A DNA stretch of 32,000 nt from Methanopyrus kandleri AV19 (GTDB lineage: Archaea > JAADCQ01 > Methanopyri > Methanopyrales > Methanopyraceae): assembly GCF_000007185.1 (NCBI RefSeq), contig NC_003551.1, positions 420,001 through 452,000 on the forward strand. Reading direction: 5' to 3'. Positions 8,829 through 16,636 of this stretch are shown here, in pieces. The number at the start of each line of letters is the position of its first letter. The first letter of the stretch is position 1. A model generated the notes under the pieces. The model ran no database searches. It saw only the letters and a list, made by a program, of their open reading frames with translations, and was not told the origin of the DNA. Both the position numbers and the translations under genes were made by a program.

Positions 8829-9407
8829 TCACCCCCGGAGCGAAGCTTCGAGGTACTCCTTCCACCGCTTCACTAGCTCGTCGGTGTCTGTAGGAACCAG
8901 CTTGATGGCACCCGCAACTGGGCAGACTTCCAGACACACCTCGCATAGCACGCAGCGCTCTTCGTCCACCTCGGCAGTCTCCTCCACGGTGATGGCGTCG
9001 GACGGACAGGCACTCTCGCACTTACCACAACCTACGCATAAGTCACTGTCAACGACGATGCGGGCGGGCTTGGGCGGCTGAACTCGTTCCTCGACCTCCT
9101 CGTGAAGCGTACCCATCTCGATGGCTCCGGTGGGACAGACCTCCACGCAGAGACCGCAGCGGATGCACCGTTCCTTGTGCAGGACGGGTCCTTCCTCGGA
9201 CATCTCCATTGCGGGCGGACATCCGTCCCGTCCTTCGACTGGACAAGCGTCGGCGCAAGCCCCACACAAGATGCACCGATCCAGGTCGACGTCCGGGAAG
9301 TCCCGGAACCTGGGAGGTCTTTGCATGATCTCTCGGGAGGTGTGAGCGTCGAGCAGACGCTTGGATCCTTCCCGGCTCAATATGTGGTTCAGGAAGTCCT
9401 GGAGCAA
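8829..9407 (-). CDS. Ferredoxin subunit with 4 x [4Fe-4S] motifs, directly after the hydrogenase large subunit
   Basis: Four CxxCxxCxxxCP motifs. It overlaps the large-subunit gene by 19 nt. Confidence 0.75.
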   Translation of the reverse strand: MLQDFLNHILSREGSKRLLDAHTSREIMQRPPRFRDFPDVDLDRCILCGACADACPVEGRDGCPPAMEMSEEGPVLHKERCIRCGLCVEVCPTGAIEMGTLHEEVEERVQPPKPARIVVDSDLCVGCGKCESACPSDAITVEETAEVDEERCVLCEVCLEVCPVAGAIKLVPTDTDELVKRWKEYLEASLRG

Positions 9408-10627
9408 GCGCGGATCACCTCCCGCGCCTTCCCTTCTAAGAGAACCTTACCCTCCCGTTCATCGATCACCACGAACCTCTCATTGCACGCGACGCACGGG
9501 TCCAAGCTCGCATATGTGGCTACGGCGTCTGCGATGCTAGGAGATCCAGGCGCTATCGCCTCCAGGACTCGGATATTCGGGACGGAAGGTGTGCGGATCG
9601 TAACGCGCTTCACGACTCCTCCAGGAGCTAGTTCCATATCGTACACGAGTTCCCCTCGTGGGGCCTCGACGCGGTTATCGACGTGTCCCGCGTTCACCTC
9701 CAGCTCCCGTCGATGCCTCCCTTCGGGCAACTCATCGACGATCCGCTCGATGAGCTCTATGGACTGCAAACACTCGTCGTATCGGACCAAGATCCTGGCG
9801 AGGTTGTCCCCCTCCTTCCTGTAAACGGGCTTGAAGCCCAGCTCCGGATAAACGGGCTCTTGGAGACGCATGTCAGACTCGGGGACTCCGGAAGCCCTAG
9901 CCTGCGGCCCAACGACTCGGTACTTCCTGATATGGTCCTTAGTGATCACCCCGACACCACGCGATCGGAGCTTGATGAAGGGATCGTTCTTGGCGATTCG
10001 TCGGTACGTTATCACGTCGTCACGGATTGCGTCCAGGGTTTCGAGGACGTTGTTCAGTTGGTCCTCGGTGACGTCCATTCGAACACCACCGACGACGTTC
10101 CAACCCGTCAGGATCCGGTTACCGGTTATCTCTTCGATGCAGTCCAGGACGCGCTCACGAGTGTTCATGTTCCACACGAACATAGTCTCATGCTCTATCG
10201 AGTAGAAGTAGGCGGCGTTGGCGATGAGGTGGGATTGAATCCTATCTAGCTCTTGCACGAGGACGCGGAGGAACAATCCACGCGGAGCGGGATCTCCTTC
10301 GGCGAGTTTCTCGACACCTCCGATGAAGCACATGTTGTGCGCGTGGGAGCAGATTCCGCAGACTCGTTCAGCGAGGAAGGCGGCCTTCTGCCAGGGCATT
10401 CCCTCCATGATCTTCTCGATACCACGGTGGCAGTATCCCATCTCCACCTTGCAGTCCACAACCTCTTCTCCTCGGACCGCCAGCTTGATCCGGAGGGGCT
10501 CTTTGAGGATCGGATGATTAGGACCCACGGGGACACGGTGTGATATCGGCTCGATCTCACCCGTCTCGACGTCCACGACTTGGACGTTGGATTGGATCTC
10601 ACGCCTCCTGCGCTTCACGGGCCCCAC
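9389..10627 (-). CDS. ehaO: Energy-converting [NiFe] hydrogenase large subunit (NuoD/HycE-like)
   Basis: The N-terminal Ni-binding motif is RVCGICSHAH and the C-terminal one is DPCVACNER, followed by a 28-aa extension. Its position after the NuoB-like subunit supports the call. Confidence 0.85.
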   Translation of the reverse strand: MGPVKRRRREIQSNVQVVDVETGEIEPISHRVPVGPNHPILKEPLRIKLAVRGEEVVDCKVEMGYCHRGIEKIMEGMPWQKAAFLAERVCGICSHAHNMCFIGGVEKLAEGDPAPRGLFLRVLVQELDRIQSHLIANAAYFYSIEHETMFVWNMNTRERVLDCIEEITGNRILTGWNVVGGVRMDVTEDQLNNVLETLDAIRDDVITYRRIAKNDPFIKLRSRGVGVITKDHIRKYRVVGPQARASGVPESDMRLQEPVYPELGFKPVYRKEGDNLARILVRYDECLQSIELIERIVDELPEGRHRRELEVNAGHVDNRVEAPRGELVYDMELAPGGVVKRVTIRTPSVPNIRVLEAIAPGSPSIADAVATYASLDPCVACNERFVVIDEREGKVLLEGKAREVIRACSRTS

Positions 10628-11087
10628 CCCTACGGAACTCCCAACTGCGGAACAAAGCAGGAAGCACGTCGACGACCGCGGAGACTATCTCCTCGGGCCG
10701 TGGTGGACATCCTGGAACCTCAGCGTCTACGGGGATCACCTCGCGTACCGGCCCACATACGCGGCCTCCTCGCTGGTTGAAGATGCCGCCAGAGCACGCG
10801 CAGGTGCCCACAGCGACGACGGCCTTGGGCTCGGGGACCTTGTGGTACAGCTTGACTAGCTTATCTCGCCATTGATACGTAACTGGTCCAGTAACTATTA
10901 GAACGTCAGATTTCCTCGGATTATTGTGGTAATAGATACCGTACTGTTCTAGATCGTATCGATAAGTGTAGCAAGCTAAAATTTCAATATCGCATCCATT
11001 ACACCCACCAGTGTTCACTACTGTCACATGAATAGACCTAGATCTCACAAACCCTTTCAATTTTTTAAGCGCTGACTTCAGGCTCAT
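10599..11087 (-). CDS. ehaN: Energy-converting hydrogenase small subunit (NuoB-like)
   Basis: GGCNGCDIE ... GTCACSGG ... PGCPPRPEEI provide the cysteine ligands of the proximal cluster. It has an ATGA overlap with ehaM. Confidence 0.85.
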   Translation of the reverse strand: MSLKSALKKLKGFVRSRSIHVTVVNTGGCNGCDIEILACYTYRYDLEQYGIYYHNNPRKSDVLIVTGPVTYQWRDKLVKLYHKVPEPKAVVAVGTCACSGGIFNQRGGRVCGPVREVIPVDAEVPGCPPRPEEIVSAVVDVLPALFRSWEFRRGGAREAQEA

Positions 11088-11524
11088 ATAATCCCCCTCT
11101 CACGGAGAGAAGTGAAGAACTTTGTTAATTCCTTACGGTCTATCGGCACGGATTTTCGTCCTTCAAACATTCGCAGTAGTTCATCCTCTAGAGCTTCACT
11201 AAGTTTCCCATCACTAACCACATCCATAAGCACCGCTAAAGTGATCACTTCATCGTCAACGTTGTCCAGAAGTCGCTCAGCTTGTTCAACTTCGGAGTGT
11301 AACCCATAGAGCCCGGAACAAGACCGTGCTCTGGACAGCACGTCGATCACATGGTCCTCGTCGACGTTCAGGAGCTCAGCCAGACGGTGCACGATATCCC
11401 GACGATATGCGTAACTGGTGAGAATCCACTTCTTGATGCGGAGTACCAAATTCGGATCTTCAGCGTAGCGCTCGTTTAGGTCCTCTTCAGTGATATTCTT
11501 ACGTCTTATTAGGAACCGCATCAT
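11084..11524 (-). CDS. ehaM: Hydrophilic Eha subunit
   Basis: A 146-aa soluble protein in the position and size expected for EhaM, with ATGA overlaps at both ends. Confidence 0.6.
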   Translation of the reverse strand: MMRFLIRRKNITEEDLNERYAEDPNLVLRIKKWILTSYAYRRDIVHRLAELLNVDEDHVIDVLSRARSCSGLYGLHSEVEQAERLLDNVDDEVITLAVLMDVVSDGKLSEALEDELLRMFEGRKSVPIDRKELTKFFTSLRERGII

Positions 11525-11865
11525 CGCGGTCCTAACCCCTCAAGCCAGGTAAGAGCGGCGAGAAAAGTCGCAATTCCTAACACGGTTTCAATTCGTCCGT
11601 ACCCTGGTCGCATGTTCACCACATATCCGATCAGGAACGCGGCTATCCAGATCCCTACCGGCACCGATCGCATCCAGGAGACGGCCAGAAGTGTCCATCC
11701 CAATACCGCCAGCAGTAGACTGATCGGATCCACTCTCCGCTCCCGGAAGATCTCGGGGTACATACGGTAGCTGTACTCGAGACCCACCAACGATCCCACC
11801 AGGAACATCGCTACGGCGCCCGCGATCACTGCTTCGACGAACATCCTGCCCTCGAAACCGATCAT
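11521..11865 (-). CDS. ehaL: Eha integral membrane subunit
   Basis: ATG 11865 overlaps the ehaK stop (ATGA). The product has multiple TM helices. The N-terminal 36 aa of the ORF-track version overlap ehaK and are rejected. Confidence 0.6.
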   Translation of the reverse strand: MIGFEGRMFVEAVIAGAVAMFLVGSLVGLEYSYRMYPEIFRERRVDPISLLLAVLGWTLLAVSWMRSVPVGIWIAAFLIGYVVNMRPGYGRIETVLGIATFLAALTWLEGLGPR

Positions 11866-12101
11866 AGGTGACCCACCCTTAGCGCGTGTATCGAGACACC
11901 GAGGATCAGCAGGATCGCTGCCACCACCGCCAGTTGTTCGGTTCTGTGTAATACGTGCTCCAACCTGGCGCAAACGAGGAAGATGACCGATGACGCTAGC
12001 AGCAGCACTCCTCCGGCTTTAGCGTAGATCGAGTGCTCGAGGAGCAGGATCGCGGCCATCCCGACCAGGGACAGCGACAGTACGCAGAGGTGCGAGCGCA
12101 A
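11862..12101 (-). CDS. ehaK: Eha integral membrane subunit
   Basis: A 79-aa hydrophobic protein. The TTG start at 12101 is preceded by GGGGGT with a 4-nt spacer. Confidence 0.6.
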   Translation of the reverse strand: MRSHLCVLSLSLVGMAAILLLEHSIYAKAGGVLLLASSVIFLVCARLEHVLHRTEQLAVVAAILLILGVSIHALRVGHL

Positions 12102-12111
12102 CGGGACCCCC

Positions 12112-12963
12112 CTATCCGAGGACCAGGAAGTCCAGGAACATCATTGAGGCTATTATCACGTGGAACCCGACGGCCTGGTACGGATTCAGTATCGGCGTCA
12201 GCGCGCACATCGAGGCCAGGAGTAGCGTGAGGACCCCCATGGTCAGGAGGTGAGAGACCGGGTCGGATATCCCCAAGAACACCGCCTGGAAGACCCAGAG
12301 CTCACAGTAGTACTTGATGGCTTCAGCCACGTACATCAGCCCACGCAGGAACCCCGGATATTCCGTGAGGTAACCCTCGACGATGTCGTATCCCTTCGAA
12401 GGATCCAACGGGGAGTAAGGTGAGTCTACCCACAGGAGGGTGAAGAACGCCAAGGCCGAGAACGGGATGTGTTCTATCAGCGGGCCGTGAGCGTGTTCCC
12501 ACGCCAGTATGCCGGTTACATCCATGTGCCCTGTTACGAAGTACGCCGATATCAGAGAACAGGCCAGCGCCAGCTCGCCGGCGGGCATAATGGCGTGTCG
12601 CACACCACCGATCTTGGTGTAAGTGGAACCTGAGGACACTCCGGCACCGTGGGAGAGAACCTTGTAGGACGCGTACAGGGCGAAGAACGGGAGCAAATTA
12701 CCCCGATACACTGCCGAGATGGTGACCGCAGCCGACCAGATTATCACGTTGAAAACCGGCACCATCCAGTACAGGAACTCCGCCGAGGTCAGTGGGGCGT
12801 ATCCTTCCTTGAGCATAAACTTCAACGTGTGGAGGAACTCCTGAACTATCGGCGGTCCCGGCCTACGCTGAATGCGCGCCATTACCTTCCGATGCAGTCC
12901 GAGGAACACGCTTCCGACCAAGAAGGCTTCGGTGATCCCCACCAGCGTTTCGAGCACGATCAA
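12112..12963 (-). CDS. ehaJ: Eha conserved integral membrane subunit, NuoH/HycD-like
   Basis: The N-terminus HRKVMARIQRRPGPP matches the NuoH-family signature. The protein is polytopic and 283 aa long. Confidence 0.75.
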   Translation of the reverse strand: MIVLETLVGITEAFLVGSVFLGLHRKVMARIQRRPGPPIVQEFLHTLKFMLKEGYAPLTSAEFLYWMVPVFNVIIWSAAVTISAVYRGNLLPFFALYASYKVLSHGAGVSSGSTYTKIGGVRHAIMPAGELALACSLISAYFVTGHMDVTGILAWEHAHGPLIEHIPFSALAFFTLLWVDSPYSPLDPSKGYDIVEGYLTEYPGFLRGLMYVAEAIKYYCELWVFQAVFLGISDPVSHLLTMGVLTLLLASMCALTPILNPYQAVGFHVIIASMMFLDFLVLG

Positions 12964-12966
12964 CGC

Positions 12967-13170
12967 TCAGTACCCCAGGAAAGGTGTCCTATCCCGATCA
13001 CCTCGAGGCGAGAGCGCCCATCCTAGGACGAAGATCGTGAGGGCGATCGCCAGGATCGTTAGAGCAGAGAACACTCCGTGATATCTGTCCACGAGCCACG
13101 GCCTGGCGACATCAGCCCACACTAGTGTCATGTCCGCCACCAGTACCGCTACTACCGGTACCCACCGCAC
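12967..13170 (-). CDS. ehaI: Eha small membrane subunit
   Basis: 67 aa with two hydrophobic helices. The GTG start is preceded by GGGGGGCGGTG. Confidence 0.55.
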   Translation of the reverse strand: MRWVPVVAVLVADMTLVWADVARPWLVDRYHGVFSALTILAIALTIFVLGWALSPRGDRDRTPFLGY

Positions 13171-13182
13171 GCCACCGCCCCC

Positions 13183-13854
13183 CTAGGGTAAGGCCGCAAG
13201 CAACTCCAGGTAGCGGGAGAACGTCAACAGCGTCGTCAGGTGTATCACGAAGGCGTATCGGCCCCAGATCCGCCGGAACGAGTCCACCTTAACCGCGTAG
13301 AAGGGACCGACTCCGGCCTCTCCGATGACCCCCGCCGTTAACAGGGCCTTACCGTAAGTTAATGTCCAACCTCCCGCTCCCTTCGGCATTTTCATCAACT
13401 CATGGACGCTCAAAGTACCCGTAGAGGCGAGTATTAGTGCCGCACCTCCGAAAAGGGGTAAACTGGCTATCAAACACATGAGACCGTAGTTGAAAGCACA
13501 CTCCAGCGCGAACTCGTCCTCGACGGTGGTGCCTATCAGCCCCATGTTGGAGATTCCGAGCAGCGAAAGGAACAGGGTGAAGTTGAAAACGTCTCCAGTG
13601 GTCACTACGCCGGTGGCCGCGAGGGTCGAGACTAGAGCCAGGGCCGCTTTGATCTTATCCTCCCGCGGGCTGACGATCTTGGCTTTAATCCGGGGCCTGC
13701 GGTGGTCTATTTCGACGTACACGTCGGTATTGCTGAGGATGGGAAGTGCGAGAACGGCGAGAAGGACCGCCAATATGATCATGTTAATCGTGCTTAGGTA
13801 TGGTACTATGTCGCCCAGCGGTATTATGAAAAGTACCTTACCGCTCGGGTACAC
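13183..13854 (-). CDS. ehaH: Eha conserved integral membrane subunit
   Basis: A 223-aa polytopic protein at the EhaH position. The start is GTG 13854, with an alternative ATG at 13782. Confidence 0.6.
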   Translation of the reverse strand: MYPSGKVLFIIPLGDIVPYLSTINMIILAVLLAVLALPILSNTDVYVEIDHRRPRIKAKIVSPREDKIKAALALVSTLAATGVVTTGDVFNFTLFLSLLGISNMGLIGTTVEDEFALECAFNYGLMCLIASLPLFGGAALILASTGTLSVHELMKMPKGAGGWTLTYGKALLTAGVIGEAGVGPFYAVKVDSFRRIWGRYAFVIHLTTLLTFSRYLELLAALP

Positions 13855-14515
13855 GTCGTCGGGCCCCCGCTCTCACATCGTAACCCATGGCGTAGCCCAG
13901 TAGCGTGAGCTTGGGACCGACCTTGACGAGTATTCCACCAGTACCCGCCAAGATCAGGGCTAGGAGCCACGCCTTGGGATGTAGGAAGAACGTGCTGAAA
14001 CCGGCGACCCAGAACGCCCAACCGATCCCCGAGATTGACTCCATCCCGCGCCACTCCTCGTAGTGCGGTCGGTTCGCCCTGGAGAACAGGTAGAACGCCG
14101 CTCCTGAGCCCGCCACGGCTCCTCCGGTGAAGCCCGTAAGTAGCACCCCGTAGACCACCAGCCCGATCATGATGGCCGTCGGCGCCGTGCGGAGGACCTC
14201 CATGTCCAAGGGTTCGAACTCGGGTAGGGAATCCCCATCCGTGTATCGGGCGACGAGTACTTCCGCCGTAGCTATCAACTCGGCCAGACCGACCACCAGT
14301 CCGGGTAGAATCAAGCACTCCGCTAGGTCGGTACCGACGGAGGCTAGGAGTGTCAACGAGCCGACTTCCAGTGCGTCGGTCATAGTCAGCCTGTTGAGCG
14401 GATTGCGATCCGCCGCGATGTCGACTGCCGCGATCAGACCCACCGCTATTCCGGCAGCTACGGCCACGTGGTACATTTTCACGGTGATCTCTGGGACGAC
14501 GTGAGGGACTATCAT
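13838..14515 (-). CDS. ehaG: Eha integral membrane subunit
   Basis: ATG 14515 overlaps the ehaF stop (ATGA). The protein is polytopic. Confidence 0.6.
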   Translation of the reverse strand: MIVPHVVPEITVKMYHVAVAAGIAVGLIAAVDIAADRNPLNRLTMTDALEVGSLTLLASVGTDLAECLILPGLVVGLAELIATAEVLVARYTDGDSLPEFEPLDMEVLRTAPTAIMIGLVVYGVLLTGFTGGAVAGSGAAFYLFSRANRPHYEEWRGMESISGIGWAFWVAGFSTFFLHPKAWLLALILAGTGGILVKVGPKLTLLGYAMGYDVRAGARRRVPER

Positions 14516-15021
14516 TCGCCGCCCTCCCTCTCCATTTCCTCCTCGCCGATCGTCTTGGTTCGGACGATCCACGAGAACGTCACGAAAGCCACGAACATGA
14601 TGGACGATTCCAGGACAGTATCCAAGCCCCGCGTGTAGTAGAGGATCTCATCGAGGATGCCACCAGGATGGGACACGATCGTCGTACCACAGTGCCTGGA
14701 GTTATGGGCCAGCCACCTGGTGAACGGTGTCAGGTAGGAGGTGACCCACCCGCGGACGGGTTCGAACTGGGGGTACTGCGAGATAGTCACTCCCGGACTT
14801 TCGAGTGGGACTCCCCCGCGATCGTAGGGGGCGAGTGGATCTCCGGCCTTCATCTGAACCTGCGGCGCGGGCCGAGGGTAGAGCTGCTCCCGATGGTACG
14901 AATGTCCACAATGCAAACCCAAGAGTGCGAGTACAGCTAGGAGAAGGCAGTACACTGATACCATACTTTCAGGCCGTCTAATCGCGTTCAGAGCCCTCGA
15001 GAACTTCGCGGTCACGCTCAC
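14512..15021 (-). CDS. ehaF: Eha membrane subunit with a large extramembrane loop
   Basis: It has an N-terminal TM helix, a hydrophilic middle and a C-terminal TM helix. The start is GTG 15021 or ATG 14964. Confidence 0.55.
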   Translation of the reverse strand: MSVTAKFSRALNAIRRPESMVSVYCLLLAVLALLGLHCGHSYHREQLYPRPAPQVQMKAGDPLAPYDRGGVPLESPGVTISQYPQFEPVRGWVTSYLTPFTRWLAHNSRHCGTTIVSHPGGILDEILYYTRGLDTVLESSIMFVAFVTFSWIVRTKTIGEEEMEREGGE

Positions 15022-15265
15022 TGGCCTCCACCCTCAATATCGCCCTCATCAATATCGGGGTCGTAAAGGCGCCGACTGCGATGAACGTGATCAGGGCGAG
15101 TAGGTGGTTGAACGCTAGGAATACCAGGCACACGCCTACCGTTGCCAGTTCCAGGTTGAGAGATTTCACAACTGGATCTGAACGAGCAGGTCCTATCGCC
15201 GCCCCTAGCGTGCCGAGGATTATCATGAAAGCACCGGTGTATAGGATGGCCTCGCACTCATGCAC
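14978..15265 (-). CDS. ehaE: Eha small membrane subunit
   Basis: A 95-aa hydrophobic protein with a GTG start at 15265 that overlaps the ehaD stop by 8 nt. Confidence 0.55.
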   Translation of the reverse strand: MHECEAILYTGAFMIILGTLGAAIGPARSDPVVKSLNLELATVGVCLVFLAFNHLLALITFIAVGAFTTPILMRAILRVEASERDREVLEGSERD

Positions 15266-15500
15266 TTCGCCTCACCTCCTCAATCCGGATCAGGTACACG
15301 CAGAACATTATCGTCCCTACCGCCTCGAGGGCCACACCGGCGGCAGCGACGTCGAGGTATCCCTCCGCAGCTACGGCGCAGATCATACCCGATTTAACCA
15401 GCGCAATCGAAGGAAGCTTCTGAAGTGGGTCACGGCGTAACACCGTGGCGATCGACCCCAAGACGCAGGCTGTGAGCGACGTGAGGAGGAGCCAGTTCAA
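15258..15500 (-). CDS. ehaD: Eha small membrane subunit
   Basis: I propose the TTG start at 15500, which overlaps the ehaC TGA (TTGA). The upstream part of the 179-aa ORF-track entry overlaps ehaC out of frame and is R/G-rich. Confidence 0.5.
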   Translation of the reverse strand: MNWLLLTSLTACVLGSIATVLRRDPLQKLPSIALVKSGMICAVAAEGYLDVAAAGVALEAVGTIMFCVYLIRIEEVRRSA

Positions 15501-15760
15501 TCCAACTCGCCCGCCCTTCTGATCTCCTCGATCTTTTGGATCGTGTAGGAGACGGCATTGGACTCGAGCGTTGAGAAGATGAACACACACAGGGCCGCTA
15601 TCAGACCCATGTCGGTGCGCCACGTCGTCGCTACGAGACCCGCGAGTCCGAACCCGACCACGTTGAGATAGAGCATTTGAGCGTAAAGATCCCTCGCCAC
15701 CAGGAGGCGCAGTGACATCAGGATTACGATGGCCGCCATCACCGCCTGTGCGGAGATCAC
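15497..15760 (-). CDS. ehaC: Eha small membrane subunit
   Basis: An 87-aa hydrophobic protein. The GTG start overlaps the ehaB stop (GTGA). Confidence 0.55.
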   Translation of the reverse strand: MISAQAVMAAIVILMSLRLLVARDLYAQMLYLNVVGFGLAGLVATTWRTDMGLIAALCVFIFSTLESNAVSYTIQKIEEIRRAGELD

Positions 15761-16278
15761 TTTTCGGCCCCCCTCCCCATCCGGCGTGCGATATCACCGA
15801 TCAACCGGGACGCTCGAGGGTGGTCGATCCCGTGGATGGTCATGATCGCTATCACCATTCCAGCAACGAAGTTGGCAGGATCCATTCCAAGCACTTTATC
15901 GTAGAGGGTCACCAACACGGTGGCCGTGAGCGACCCGAGGGTACCGGCGTATCCGGGGTCGGCACACAGACGATTACCCAAGTACACCGCTAGAGCCGCG
16001 ACCAACCCACCTTCCGGTCCTCCTAGGCAGTAGTACCCTGAGGAAGCCAGTAAGGTACCAGCCGACGCGTCGGGTGAACACACTATGTTGCCCATGAAAT
16101 AGCCGCCGGCGATGTCACCTCCTCGGCGTTCGACTGAGCGCCCGATGGCTTCTGCGCCTTTAACACCTGGAGCTTCCGGCAATCCCATAAGTATATCTAC
16201 GATGACGAAGTTCAGCCACGCGAGGACTGATCCGACGACTATCTGCAGAATCTGGAGTCCTTCTTGCAGTCCGATCAC
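15757..16278 (-). CDS. ehaB: Eha integral membrane subunit
   Basis: I propose the GTG start at 16278, which overlaps the ehaA TGA (GTGA). The upstream 60 aa of the ORF-track entry are R/G-rich and overlap ehaA. Confidence 0.55.
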   Translation of the reverse strand: MIGLQEGLQILQIVVGSVLAWLNFVIVDILMGLPEAPGVKGAEAIGRSVERRGGDIAGGYFMGNIVCSPDASAGTLLASSGYYCLGGPEGGLVAALAVYLGNRLCADPGYAGTLGSLTATVLVTLYDKVLGMDPANFVAGMVIAIMTIHGIDHPRASRLIGDIARRMGRGAEK

Positions 16279-16568
16279 CCCGCCTCGGGTCGGGGGAACA
16301 CCTTCTCGATGTACGCGGTGAAGGCCGCCGACAACGCCCCAACGACCGCGCCTACGATCGCGAGCGGTATCGGAGGATGGTACCCGATCACCCTGATCAC
16401 GAGTACTGTCGCGCCGGCGGCTATCACCGGCGTGGGAAACGCAGCCGAGACTTCCCATGACTTCCTGCGGGGTTTATCGCGCTGGATCGGTGGTAGCCCC
16501 AGCGCTAGCGCCGTCCCGAACGCAACGGCGGCCGCCACTCCCACAGCCACTAATCCAGGGTCTTTCAT
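16275..16568 (-). CDS. ehaA: Eha small membrane subunit, first gene of the operon
   Basis: A 97-aa hydrophobic protein. ATG 16568 is preceded by GGGGGA 9 nt upstream. Confidence 0.6.
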   Translation of the reverse strand: MKDPGLVAVGVAAAVAFGTALALGLPPIQRDKPRRKSWEVSAAFPTPVIAAGATVLVIRVIGYHPPIPLAIVGAVVGALSAAFTAYIEKVFPRPEAG

Positions 16569-16636
16569 TTTAAGGTTTCCCCCAACATCTCTTGGGCGGT
16601 TCCCGAAGTGGGGGTTTCATATTGAGTAAGATCATC
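16569..16636. promoter_or_regulatory. Compact divergent control region between ehaA and the AAA+ gene
   Basis: The only A/T-rich element is TCATATTG/CAATATGA at 16618-16625, about 57 nt upstream of the ehaA ATG. GGGGGT lies at 16610-16615, 6 nt before an in-frame TTG at 16622. Confidence 0.3.

Noticed and set aside
6513-9407. Periodic repeats that could be mistaken for a repeat array or CRISPR
   Set aside because: The periodicity is at the protein level (CxxCxxCxxxCP modules) with diverged nucleotide sequence. There are no identical direct repeats or spacers, and no CRISPR array exists anywhere in the window.
9102-9824. 240-aa plus-strand ORF across the ehaO/ferredoxin junction, with many similar ORFs between 9.6 and 10.9 kb
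   Set aside because: It is antisense to genes with unambiguous NiFe and Fe-S motifs, and its composition is S/R/T/P-biased with no motifs.
13824-14318. 164-aa alternative-frame minus-strand ORF inside ehaG
   Set aside because: It is an R/G-rich non-membrane sequence nested within a convincing polytopic membrane ORF.
15501-15797. Upstream parts of the long ORF-track versions of ehaD (15258-15797), ehaB (15757-16458), ehaL, ehaG and the MazG-like gene
   Set aside because: Each extension overlaps the preceding gene out of frame and is R/G-rich. Each has an internal start that forms a four-nt overlap with the upstream stop.
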